From positions 620,001-684,000 of the forward strand of contig OX597820.1 of NCBI GenBank assembly GCA_951406725.2: a DNA stretch of 64,000 nt, written 5' to 3'. How positions within the stretch are numbered: the stretch's first letter is position 1; each line of letters starts with the position of its first letter. Source of the DNA: Octopus vulgaris. Its lineage: Eukaryota. The position numbers and the translations under genes were made by a program. Shown here piece after piece: positions 10,300 through 22,830 of this stretch. The notes under the pieces were generated by a model. The model was given only the letters and a program-made list of their open reading frames with translations. It was not told the DNA's origin and searched no databases.

Positions 10300-11681
10300 G
10301 TAGGTTTAAGTGGGTATGTGATTATGAACGTGTATTTTTATCTACGTATGTGGGTTTTATGTGCATCTATGACGTGTGTCTCATTTATAAATAAAGCAAT
10401 TATTTTCTATATCAATCCATAGGCTGGACCAAATCCTTCGCATTTCGTTTGATTTTAAAAACGTTGAACGAATATAAAATCCCTGCTGATAACATATCAA
10501 AAGCCGTGAGTAGATATCTGCCCTCTCTCTCCCTTTCTCTGCGCACTCACACATACACACACGCTTGCGCACACACACAAGCACTGACCACACGCACACA
10601 TGCATACACACATTCACGATCACATACACACACACATGCATATTTTATAGAAGAAATGCAAAATGTCAAATATATTGTGAGCCCAATACGTTTAGTAGAT
10701 AGTGATATCGATTTTGTTAAATGATAACAGGTATTTTAAAGTTTAGTCTGATCAGCTTAAACACATAAATACATACATATATAAATAAATGTTAACTTCA
10801 AATATACAGATAAATATTATATGCGTATTTATTTATTATTTGATTCCCTAGATATTCTGCGGCGAGCTGGAAAAGTCTTTTGTACGTCGAGCAAAATTAT
10901 AAGCAGTAATTCGCCCCTCTTTATATTTTGAGTTCAAATTCTACTGCGCTAGTGTGAGTTGTTAGGTTCATCGACCTCGTATTCTCTCGAGGTCAAAACA
11001 CGGCCTCCACATTAGACAGGGTTGGTAGAGAGATTATACTGAGACCTTCATTTTACTGTGGACTGAACATCGGCAATTTAATGCAATCCATATGTTCATA
11101 ATTTGTATGCATGTAAGTATATATAGACATTTATACAGACATGTAAATATACTGAGACATGAACATGCTGTAGACCGCAGTAAAAGAATGCGAATTAATT
11201 GTATTTGGGTTTCATGAAATTCAGACAATCAACTCCAATTACTGATAGTAAATTATTACATAAACTTCTTTCTAACTTACTGACTTTTTGCTGGTCAATA
11301 AAAAAGACTGTTCGATCCACTATTTTGCCTTTAAAAGAAGTTCACACAATGAACATCAGTTGTATATTCCGTGATATAATTTCCGATTCTAACAGTAAAT
11401 GAAATCCCACTCAAATTATTCACTAATCCTATCTTTACACACACATGCACGCAAACATGCACACACACACAAATATGTACATATGTAACCACACACGTAC
11501 ATTTGGTAATATTCTCCATCTCTCAACTCTTCCGTTTTCCTTTCCGACAAAGAGCTATGCTCGGAACGTTAAAAACGCTCTCTTTTCACCCACTTTACCG
11601 AGCGTCCAGCTAATACATTCCATGGCGCACGACCTCTTGTTTTGTGTTATTTTTATTTTTAATGTTCTACTCTTCAAATTT

Positions 11682-11752
<71 letters not shown>

Positions 11753-11777
11753 AATATGTTACATTACTTGATAGTCA

Positions 11778-11840
11778 AGATAAAACTCTGAGTTTCAGAT
11801 GCCGAAGTGGAAATCCACAACACCATCTCTTCGGTTATCT
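11778..11840 (-). ncRNA. Hammerhead-like motif (inverted copy of 12798-12860)
   Basis: Reverse complement of 12798-12860. Confidence 0.5.
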
Positions 11841-12174
11841 GGCTATTTGAAAACGCTAGCAAAAAATATCGTTAAATAAAGGGAAATTACTCTGTTATAA
11901 CTCTGTTTGCCTGCGTACTTATACATCGCTCGCATTTTTCGTCATAAAAATTATATAAAAATACATAAAAAATATATAAAAATATATAAATTCTTCCTGG
12001 GACATAACATAGAAAACATGTCCTATCTGTTTTCTTTAGGGGACCAAAAACGTAACAGAAATTTAGTCACATGTGGGCATGATCCGAAAAGCTATGTCCT
12101 TGTATTTAGACATGTAGTAGGGTCTAAGCTGCTTTTCCAGATAAGCCATCTCTCCATGTCGCATAGACCGCAAA

Positions 12175-12546
12175 GAATTATGCCCGCTAAAGGGAGCTTG
12201 CATGTCCAAGACCATCATTTATGAAGCTACCGTAAACTCTATAACCACTAAAGACACCGTTTCGACGAAGAAATACGTGGGCCTTACAGAGGGTAATTTC
12301 AAGGCCAGGTTCAATAACCACACTTTGAGCTTTAGGCACTGGAACAAAAGAAAAGCGACACAATTATCTAATCATATTTGGTCTTTAAGAGATAAAGGTG
12401 TCGATTATAACATACAATGGAAGATTTTGGCCAGATGTAAGCCCTATACCAACGGCAGCGGAAGGTGCGGTCTATGCGACATGGAGAGATGGCTTATCTG
12501 GAAAAGCAGCTTAGACCCTACTACATGTCTAAATACAAGGACATAG
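12175..12546 (+). pseudogene. PLE GIY-YIG endonuclease C-terminal fragment
   Basis: IIYEATV...KKYVGLTEGNFKARFNNHTLSF...LSNHIWSL...IQWKIL...CGLCDME...LNTRT. Confidence 0.9.
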
Positions 12547-12797
12547 CTTTTCGGATCATGCCCACATGTGACTACATTTCTGTTACGTTTTTGGTCCCCT
12601 AAAGAAAACAGATAGAACATGCTTTCTATGTTATGTCCCAGGAAGAATTTATATATTTTTATATATTTTTTATGTATTTTTATATAATTTTTATGACGAA
12701 AAATGCGAGCAATGTATAAGTACGCAGGCAAACAGAGTTATAACAGAGTAATTTCCCTTTATTTAACGGTATTTTTTCCTAGCGTTTTCAAATAGCC

Positions 12798-12860
12798 AGA
12801 TAACCGAAGAGATGGTGTTGTGGATTTCCACTTCGGCATCTGAAACTCAGAGTTTTATCT
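12798..12860 (+). ncRNA. Variant hammerhead (CCGAAGA core, long stem II, extra U before GAAA)
   Basis: AGATAA-CCGAAGA-GATG...CATC-T-GAAA-CTCAGAG-TT-TTATCT. Confidence 0.55.
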
Positions 12861-12974
12861 TGACTATCGAGTAATGTAACATATTATTGTATAGATAAAT
12901 TTCCTCTATTTACATAATATTGAGGTCTCTTTCTTTCTTTTGTTATCTTACCGTTTTATCAATATATATATTAC

Positions 12975-13320
12975 AGATGAGAAAATAAGTTTATTTTCAA
13001 ACGCAGGATAATGTTAATAATATAGAATGAATAGGATAAAAACGATCCATATTTTGAAGAAAAATCTGTCGGCGACCAGTCATGAGACTTGAACTCACAT
13101 CCCTGTGATAACGCGTCTTATAAAGCTAGATTTATATATCCTAAATTTGCAGCAGAATTTGTCATTCGGCCAGCTTAGCTTAAAGGTAAAGCACTTGACG
13201 CGTAATCTCAGGGATGTGAGTTTGAGTCTCATAGCTAGCCGCAAAATATGGATATTTCATCCTGTTCATGCTATATTATTATCATTATCCTTGTTTGGAA
13301 GTAAAATTATTTCTTTATCT
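12975..13320. mobile_element. Imperfect fold-back element with a tRNA-like core
   Basis: 12975-13057 is inverted relative to 13242-13320, and 13081-13117 relative to 13197-13233. A-box-like tagcttaaaggtaaagca and degenerate B box gagtttgagtct. Confidence 0.6.
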
Positions 13321-13680
13321 GTATCTTTCAATACATCTCAACGCTTTTAAATCAAACTTTGTTTCTTGAATTTAATGTATGCATATATATATATACACAT
13401 CCGGCTTTTGCAGATGGAGCATGAGTTTTTAACCGTGACTGGGAAATTCAGAGTTGAATATCCTGGGTAAGCAAAAGCTTCTAACACATTTATTCAAATT
13501 TATTTGGTTTTGTTCCAAACATTCGATTCTACCGCATGTATTATACGTCACCATAATCAACAGCGTTGTACTTGTAACCCACAATATACTAATTCGTACC
13601 TTGGACGAAATGCTTAAGTGTTTTATCAATGTTTTATTATACAAAGGACAAACAAACCCATATAAAGATAAAGAGAGAAC

Positions 13681-13805
<125 letters not shown>

Positions 13806-13920
13806 TATATACATATACATACATAACTATATATATATATACCGGAGTAAACACATAAATGTGAAACAAGGTGGAAAAAAGAGTACTCAAATAGCAGTGG
13901 TAGAGTAATAATTTTTATAT

Positions 13921-14120
13921 AAAGCAGCAGAAAATTCCACAAAACCTGTTACTCTGAGTTTTGCGTTGCCGTTCGTCGAACAGTTTTTGCTAGAATAAAA
14001 CCGATATGTCAATTCTATCTGGATAGAATTGACATATCGGTTTTATTATAGCAAAAACTGTCCGACGAACGGCAACACGAATCTCAGAGTAACAGGTTTT
14101 GTGGAATTTTCTGCTGCTTT
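13921..14120. mobile_element. ~200-bp near-perfect hairpin of a PLE terminus with two decayed hammerheads, between (TA)n tracts
   Basis: Centre reads ...gtcaattctatc-tg-gatagaattgac.... Each arm carries ctgt-(C/T)CGACGA-acggcaac..-(G/A)AA.-ctcagag-TA-acag. Confidence 0.8.
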
Positions 14121-14127
14121 AAATAAA

Positions 14128-14200
<73 letters not shown>

Positions 14201-14561
14201 CAAACATACACACACAGAAGGATACGATCAATATTTAAATATCGATTTTATCAGGTGGCCAGCATGGGAATGAAAACCATCAAAAGTAATAATTATTTTA
14301 AATTATAATATAGGGTAATACCACTCAAATCTTGACTCTAAAACCACATTAAATGTTCATATAGCACCAGGAGAGAAGATGAAGAGACAAAATAAACTAG
14401 CAAAAATTACTGGATAATTCCAGATCCCGGATTTCTGACTCTGCATAAGAAATGCTCTGCCTTCATCAGTGGAATATACTCAGAAAAGCAAATAAATACA
14501 AATATATACATATATACTACATACGATATATTTACATATACGAAAGTATTTATAAAATATT

Positions 14562-14623
<62 letters not shown>

Positions 14624-14769
14624 TCTATGTATCTATGTATGGCTGAGTGTGTATATATAAATTATGGTGGCTATCAGCATTTTAAGACCAACATAGAAAT
14701 AATTCACAGTCACTAAAGGTGACAAGAGTGCAGTGAGCACCAGCATTATTAGAAATATTAGTCATAGAC

Positions 14770-14977
14770 TATTTCGTTTTGGGATTTGGTTTGCAAGATT
14801 CTTTATATGAGTTCGTGTGTTGAAGCATATTCTGTTGTGTCTGGGGAGAGCCATTTTCTTTTTGTGCCTTATAATTTAACACACTCACCGGTAACATTTC
14901 AAAGTATTTCTTATTTTTATTTTCCTAAAACTTTTCGTTGCGTCTTGCAACCTTTTACCGGTGGTTGTGCTAAATTA
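14770..14977 (-). mobile_element. Short insertion (PLE-like terminus) with an 11-bp flanking duplication
   Basis: tagtcatagac at 14759-14769 and 14978-14988. The minus strand has gttgc(aagac)gcaac-GAAA, a hammerhead stem II remnant. Confidence 0.55.
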
Positions 14978-16494
14978 TAGTCATAGACACCTTAGCCATA
15001 AAAAACACATGGTGCATTGACAGGGGGGGACAACATTCCCCACGGTAAGCCAGATGGATTAGATTAGCATGGTAATTTCTTATAGGAAGTTAATACTCAA
15101 CAGCAATGCTCACTCCATTACGGCTGGTGGAGGCTAACTCATGCCTGTCAATATCACTGAGAATGCCATAAGAATGAGTGATTGATTTCACAAATGGCAA
15201 TGTGAAGATTATAAAATAATTAAGGTGGCTAACACGCAATTTAAAACCAACCGGGAAATTATATATATATATATATGAAGTGTGTATAAAAATTTATACA
15301 CGGAGAGAAGACCACCATGTGGATTCCTTACATGCTAAAGAGAGCAAGCCACGGTACTAGACGAATATGTTCTTAAGGCCAACTTTAATCACCGCGAATA
15401 GTTCTAGCCTTCTTCACTAAATCTATTCTCAACCATACTGAATGAGGTAATTGTAGCTATGATGATTCCAATTCTAAGCTATATTTGAATATAAAAATAA
15501 TTGAAATAAAACAATTAATTTCATAAAAGTCAACTGCGGCGCAATATCTCCCAAGTTTTGAACAAATCCCAGGCATTGCATAATTTAGGAGTTCAAAAAA
15601 GTCACATGAAATTGCTTGATAAAAGTAAGTATCGTGTTTCTTAATCTTTTTAACACCATTACCGTCATAATTAGCTTCATCAATCACCATTACCATCCTC
15701 TTCGTCGTTGTCGTCATCATCAACCACAATGGATGATACCTCAGGACACCCACGCGCGCACACAAGCACACAGACTCTCTCCCTCTCTCTCTCTCTCACA
15801 CAACTATTTATTTACATTTTCTCAAAGCTTGGATAATTTCAATAAATCAGCATTTATTTGCACTATTCCATTTCTTGTCCCTACGGGACTGTTTGTCTAA
15901 CCGAGGGCAAAAATGTTTTCTTCTAATTTTGTATAGAAGTAGAAGATGCAGACTCTACTGGGCAGAATAATTCAAACAATTCCAGTACTTGCTTTAATTC
16001 AAACAGGAAAAATATTTAGTGCTGCAAATAATTTTCCTCGGTGAAAATTCATTTTGTTCGACGTGATCATGTTAATTTTTGAATAAGAAACGATAGATAC
16101 ACACACAGCTCATACACTTTAACTCATCTCTAAGAGATATAAAAGAGGAATAAATCATATCCCATTGCCGAACAATGACATAATTTTTTTCACTTCGTTT
16201 CCATTCATTTCATTTTACCACTCCCAAATCAATATAAGGTTTATCTATTTCCGGCATAAATGAGGTTTATGCGCATCCGGTCAGTATGTCTAAGTAGTGG
16301 TCAATATTGAAGAAATGCAACAATAGAGACCGCGAAACAGACACTAGCATTTTTACTAGTCAAATCCCGTAACAAATTATATATTGCCCGGGAAAATGTA
16401 AAAATATATATACATATTTCGGGATGGTCATGTTATTTATTATTAAAAAAATATAAATGAATAAATATATGTGTGCATATATATATATTGTGTG

Positions 16495-16670
16495 CCCAGG
16501 TAGAGTACACGGGGATCTCTACGTACACCAGTGTTCGGGCAAACAGATCACATTGGCATAATTTGAAGAACACTGTCAAAGTAGTTTCTCATGGATTCAG
16601 ATCTATGTTTCGAGGATTGTCTTCTGTGAAATATACACGCTGGCCATTTTCAAGATGTACAGATAGATTT
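16495..16670 (-). pseudogene. Helitron Rep-helicase fragment
   Basis: Manual translation NLSVHLENGQRVYFTEDNPRNIDLNP*ETTLTVFFKLCQCDLFARTLVYVEIPVYSTW resembles the conserved RepHel segment HLENGQRVYF...TLTAFF.LC..D.FAR.LLY. Confidence 0.85.
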
Positions 16671-17131
16671 TAGGAAAGTGTTCCTACATGTAAACAGGAT
16701 GTGACCTTTGTGTTGACAGTGTATTTGTCTAAAAGCAGAACCGTTCTTCCATCAGCGCTTGTCAATTGGCTGAAGTAACATGAAAGGCATCGTCATTCAT
16801 GGTATATTCGTGAATAAGTCACAAACTGAAATACGTTGATCTATTGTTTCGGAAAATATTATTTACTTGTTTAAGGGTTGTACTGGATACATAGCGAAAA
16901 CAGCTCTAACAGTTCAAATAGTAAGAAATAAACATATATATATATATACAAATTAATACTATCCGGTAGTTAATGTGCTTAAAATTTTATATTTTATGTT
17001 TTTTCATTATATTTCCAGGTTCAAGTACTGGTAATGGAACAGAGGATAAAACAGCAGAAACAAACTTTTGAATGAAAATCGAAAAAGAGCCTCCAAGAAT
17101 CGTCTTTGATGATATTTTATGCTATAAAACG

Positions 17132-17358
17132 ATATTTTCTGCATATATAATACAAAATACAATTTTCTCCATATATAATATGAAATGATAATTTCTTCAT
17201 ATATAATATGAAATAATATTTTCTTCATATATAATATGAAATCATATTTTCTCCATATATAATATAAAATATATTTTCTGCATATATAATATAAAATAAT
17301 ATTTTCTCCATATATAATATAAAATATTTTCTCCATATATAATATAAAATATTCTTTC
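17132..17358. repeat. AT-rich minisatellite, ~28-bp unit, ~8 copies
   Basis: Repeated ttttctccatatataatataaaata. Confidence 0.85.
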
Positions 17359-18145
17359 CTTGTAACGACACTATAATTGTACATTTCAATACAACACTAT
17401 GCATGCATGAGACTGTATAATCCACCATGATGTAATTTAAGCAAGTTTCAGGGCCTCACTATGGCTTGAAACAGAAAATATTGCATGATTTGAAATTATA
17501 TTGATATTCTATCTTCTTGCCAATTTAATGTTATCAATGTAAGCTTTAGAATTGTTAAATAAAGGATTAAATCTGATCTATTGCTACCGTTCTTTTTCTA
17601 GATGCAATACTGTAATACCGCAGACTAAGATCAAATACCACCGGAAGAGGCATTGATTCCATTTGTTATTTTAAACATTCCACTAAAATGTAAAAACTTG
17701 CAAAATGTATCATGTAGATTAGACTTATGATCATTTATCTAATTAGTATTATCAGGTCATTCAACTGTCATTGTTCAAGTAATCAACATTTCACAAACAG
17801 CTACATTCCAATCAAAGCACCAGACGTCGATTCGTCTTCTACACGTTCATGTCTACTTTCACTCCATCAATGTTACACTTACACGAGACTGCGCACGCCT
17901 CAATGTCTTCATTGAAGTAGTTTCTTAGTTATATTCTCTACATGATATTCAGGCCCATTAGGCCGCAGTCTCTCTCGGTATCCAACATATTCCAACACCC
18001 GGGGATAGAAGACATCCCACTAAAAGAGATGCCAGTCTGTTGCAAGTTTAACCCCTGGTTGTTGCTGGTATTTCTTCTCAGATGACTGCACTGGAAGTGT
18101 TTTTCTCGTGGACAGAACGCACCGAACCAATAGTCCATGTGTCTA

Positions 18146-18203
<58 letters not shown>

Positions 18204-20548
18204 CGTGTATGTGTGTGCGTGCGTGCGTGTGTATGTATGTGTGTGCTTTTTAGCCTCTTCTGTTTTCCGGATCATTGGTCGCTCACTTGCCAGCCGGAAC
18301 ACCGCTACGCCCTTCTTTTATGCTCTGCTTGTTGCTGTTAAAAGATATGTAGCCGTATATCGTAACAACTTTGTCATTTCTACTACTTATTATATGGCCT
18401 GTGGTTTTAGAAGTCTTGATACACCGACTGAAATAAGGAATTATTTATTAGTTTCCTTCTAATTAGATGGTCGCACCATTTCGCTCTCTTCCATCTGACT
18501 ACTTCAGTTCTGGTTTATTTCATGTAAATAACGTTTCTTATACAAATTACGCCACTCTCATTATAATATCTCTTTAGTTTTAAACACATTTTAATAACCT
18601 CTTACACATGTGTTTCTAGACTCTGATTAGAGAAGCAAAAATGTGCAACCTATCAATGCATCGCTGGCTGATGTCCTACAAGCTCCAGATCCTGTTTCTT
18701 AAATCTCTCAAATGCTATACATGCTAGCGTGACCTGTCTTTTCTAACCTGTGTGTCTAGTGCGACGGATACTACACAGCTCTCTTTGACATGTTCAACAT
18801 AAGAACCATTCAGTTTGATTATTTCCTTTGCTTTGTGGAATTAATCTGTATATAATGCTATTCATTTTCATAGCCCATTTCCCCATATTTCGTCTGAGAC
18901 CATCAATATTAGGTTTGCTTCCCAACCACATAATTCCGTTTTTTTTTGTTTTGGTCTCAACGTGTGACATGGGACTTTGGGCAATTTTCACCATACTGAG
19001 AAAAAAGAACTAGGATCAATTCGTTCGACTAAAACTTATTCCAGGGGCCCTCCACCTTCCTCCAGCATGGCTCCAGTCTCATGACTGAAATAAAGGAAAA
19101 AGTTTTAAAATATATATTTCCTCACTTCGTGAACACATATTTTCTCTATTCTCCTTTCAGTGAAGAAAACAAATCTGTCTCCATGACATTTTTCCTTCAC
19201 TCACTTTCTATCTCTTTTGCTACTTCTCTCTCTCTCTCTCTCTCCTCTCTCTTATAGCTTTGCCTCTCCCATACACTTTCCTCGTCAGTCCATGCTTCTC
19301 TCTCTCTCTCTCATATCACATGTTGCTTCCCTGTGCCTGGAGAATTAAGCCAGGAAAGACGTTCAACATTTTTATAATTGCTTTTCATCTCCGCTGTTTC
19401 GTTTAACATATTTTCTCTCTTCATTGTGAACCACAAACATAATCATTCTTCATTATTTTTCACACCATAACTTACTTCTCCTTGATCTGTTTCTCTCTGC
19501 CTTTCGGTCCTCATATGGCCCCTCCTCCATACCGTTGCCCACAAATTCCATAGGTTCTACAACGATGAGCCCCCAATATACTACAAGCACTATGACGAAC
19601 AACCTGGTTATGAATCTAACTCTGCAGGTTCCCAATGTTCTAAAACACATCTACAGACATCTATACATCTGTGCCTTACCTCAATATACAACACTTAACC
19701 TATATTGGGTGCTTGTCACACGTAGTTGCAGTACTTACAATCTTGTGAAAATATGACATACAACAGACAATTTGTAATACGTCCAGGCTGACAAGCAAGC
19801 TTTAATACGTGACTGCACGAAGATGTTGAATCCTATACAAACACAACATATAAATTGAACTAGTAGATTATAAACCGTAATGGTTAGCACAAGGTTTATC
19901 GAAGAATCAAATTCTGGATTAGTTACATCCACATCTTGGCTATGGGCTCCAAGAAGGGAAGTGCTGTTCCCTTGCATATTCCGCTATAATGCCTAGACGA
20001 ATAGTAAAATTCTGACCAATAGCAATATTCTGAACATATGGACGTGATAGATGTGTAGCAAGACCAATTTCTATTATTGTATATTTGGAAACATTAAGTT
20101 AGTTTCTGAAAGCTCACCACGCCACTCTGTTGAGATTGGTTAAAATAACTATCATATAAGTCATTGGACATTTATTGAACCCTGTGTTATGATTAGCTGA
20201 GTGTTGCACGGGCGCTGGATCGAAGGTCCAATAACGTTACGCGTTATATATTTCTGGAGCCTCATTTCATTTCATAAATTGGTGCCATAAATTATTGACG
20301 AGTCAGAGAGGTGAGAGTCATTCATCGAGGCGAAGTATGCGGATCCTGCCGTTTTTAGCATTAATTTGCTTACTCCATCTAATTTTTGAGAGCGGTCGAG
20401 TACACTTTTATTATTCTCGTTTGTGAGAGCAGTCGAGTTTATTTCAGATATTCTCATTCTAAAAATCATCTCTGGCTCATCGTTGAGAGGATGTTGGTAT
20501 TGTCTCGGCGGAGGTTTGCACATTTTAAGTGCTCTACTGATTATTGTT

Positions 20549-20617
<69 letters not shown>

Positions 20618-21555
20618 ATACAAGGTAATTCGGTAAATGAAAATATCATTTCAGTCACCTATTCGATTGATTATTTACAGAGTAATTCAGTTAACTGAAA
20701 GTACCTTTTCAGTTATCCATTCGGATGTTTAATTTAAAGAGTTTACAGGTTTATCCGTGATCCATCCTTGCCTCATTCGTTACTGTTGTGGAAGGATTCC
20801 GACAACTCCCATATCATTAAAAGTGAATTGTCACATTTGCTATGAATAAAGAACTGTCGAGTTATCAGCAGTTCGCTGTGAGCCGTGTAACCTCGTATAA
20901 CAGGAAGCCTCGTGCGTTCGTGTAAATACTTCGTTAAATTATTTATCAAACTTACAAGGATATAAAAGTTACTTATAAAGGAAATATACTAACACCATAC
21001 CTCACTTTTCTGACAGTATCCGCGGAAGGAAGAGACTTGTGGATGACATGAATTACATATTATGAAGCACAGAAACAAAAAGCCGATGAATCTAAGACTT
21101 ACAGGAAATTCGAAATTATGTCCTGTAACGCTCGAGTGCACATTATGATACATGATGAAGATCATACCATAATTCAGTACATTGGTGAAGATCCTCATTG
21201 TTCATGTGCTTCAAAATCCATGCATCATATTCAGGTGGGGTTATTCAGTGTTCTGCAAAAAAAATCAATAAACTTACACCCGCCTTTTTTATAAGCTAAA
21301 TGAATTACTCCAAAGACTGAGCCCTTAAGATGTTATGAGGGATTTTGAAAAAGCTCTTATTATTAGCATTGTATCTGTTTCCTACTACTTCCATCTCATG
21401 CTGTCTTTTTCATCTATCACAAAATATATACAGAAAACATGTGAATTTGGCTTGAAGGAAAGATACCATCATGATAATGAGTTTAGCATTAAAATCCGAT
21501 GGTTTTAAGCGTTGCTAATTCTTCGTCTCGATGATGAGATTGACGGAGTCGAAAA

Positions 21556-21800
21556 TCTTGTAGATGACGATGATCTTCCGCAAGAACTTGTGACCTACTT
21601 TGGATTATCGTACCTATGATAAGTGTGAAGTAAAGGAATGAAACCACGAAGGACTTCTCCCTAGTTTCCCATTGTCGACAATCTTGTAGATGACGATGAT
21701 CTTCCGCAAGAACATGTGACCTACTTTGGATTATCGTATCTAAGAGGTTTGCGAAGTAAATGAATGAGACCACGAAGGACTTCTCCCTAGTTTCCCATTG
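21556..21800. repeat. Tandem duplication, period ~126 bp
   Basis: tcttgtagatgacgatgatcttccgcaagaac...ggacttctccctagtttcccattg starts at 21556 and again at 21682. Confidence 0.9.
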
Positions 21801-22187
21801 GTAGTTGGAATGTCCGCTTTAAAACAGAATCGGATATGCCTCGCACTAATAAACTTTTAAAGGGATTTCACAACGCCCTACAAATTTCCTTAATTTGTTC
21901 ACATCCGAATATATGGAAATAATTACTGCATTGAAAAATGAAGAACACTTGGCACAGCTGAGAAAGGTTGAATTTGATGGAGGTGGGATCTGCGAGACCA
22001 AACAAAAATAAAAGAAAGGATATAAGCAAACGGATAAGTATTGAGCGACAAAGTCCCGAAAATAAGATGGATTTTATATGAGCAATGGCCCCTAACCTTC
22101 ATTTTTATTGAAACTTTTAGTAATAATTTTAGGTTTTACTCGACTTTTTATTTTATCCTTATTCAACGTTTTATTTTTTCTAATATC

Positions 22188-22270
22188 GGGAGTGAAATTG
22201 ACTGGTAGTCAAATTACCGGAGTCAAAATACCGGGGGTGAAGTTATCAGGATTCAAATTACCTGTCGCCT
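22188..22270. repeat. Five degenerate 14-15-bp repeats (ggagtcaaattacc-like), resembling subterminal repeats of a DNA transposon end
   Basis: gggagtgaaattgact / ggtagtcaaattacc / ggagtcaaaatacc / gggggtgaagttatc / aggattcaaattacc. Confidence 0.5.
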
Positions 22271-22830
22271 ATTCAGTCGATGTCTGAGGGATACGGGTTC
22301 GAGTCTCATAAGAGTACCCAGACTTTCTCTGCTATCTCTACAGCTTTACTGGGTTTGAAATGTCCTTTCTTATCTGCAAGGTATCGCGTTTGAAATGGTT
22401 AAGTATGTTATCATTTATTTATGCAGAAGAGATAACATTACATGACAGGGAGTAGCTTTGATGGAAGAAAAACATTCGCAAAATACATAAAATCCTACGT
22501 CTCTTATTAAGAGAGACTAATGAGTATTTCTCTCGATGCCACAGGGAATGTTAACCATCTTCTAAATTTATGTCCCAGATTCCAGATACAGTTTTGAAGA
22601 ATCTAATGAATACTTTGATCACCTATAAACGAAAAGAAACTTGTTACTATGGAATTGCTTCAACAATGAAGAAGCAGGCTGAAGCAAGAACTGACCAAAT
22701 GCTATAGAAAGATAAAGCTTTGGCAAACTAAAAGAGAAGCGAGCATAATTACTACGTTTGTGTGCAATAAGGGGTCTCATGATAACAAACACTGTGTCCG
22801 GAAAAGAATGTCTGGAAGCTAAATCAATAT

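Larger units (their letters stand above)
11745..12893. mobile_element. Second PLE family: 3' fragment with inverted duplication (arms 11745-12172 and 12466-12893)
   Basis: The ~428-bp arms are reverse complements with few mismatches. A (TA)n tract lies on the left. Confidence 0.9.

Noticed and set aside
13165-13240. Functional tRNA gene
   Set aside because: Degenerate T-loop (tttgagt) and no clean acceptor stem; it is part of a repeat.
20272-20535. Minus-strand ORF as the GPCR C-terminal exon
   Set aside because: No recognisable homology, weak acceptor context, and its phase does not match the candidate donor at 29880.
21103-21252. 150-bp minus-strand segment bounded by a strong acceptor (ttttttgcag) and a gtaagt donor
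   Set aside because: Early stops in all three frames. It could be a terminal or UTR exon, but this cannot be supported without transcripts.
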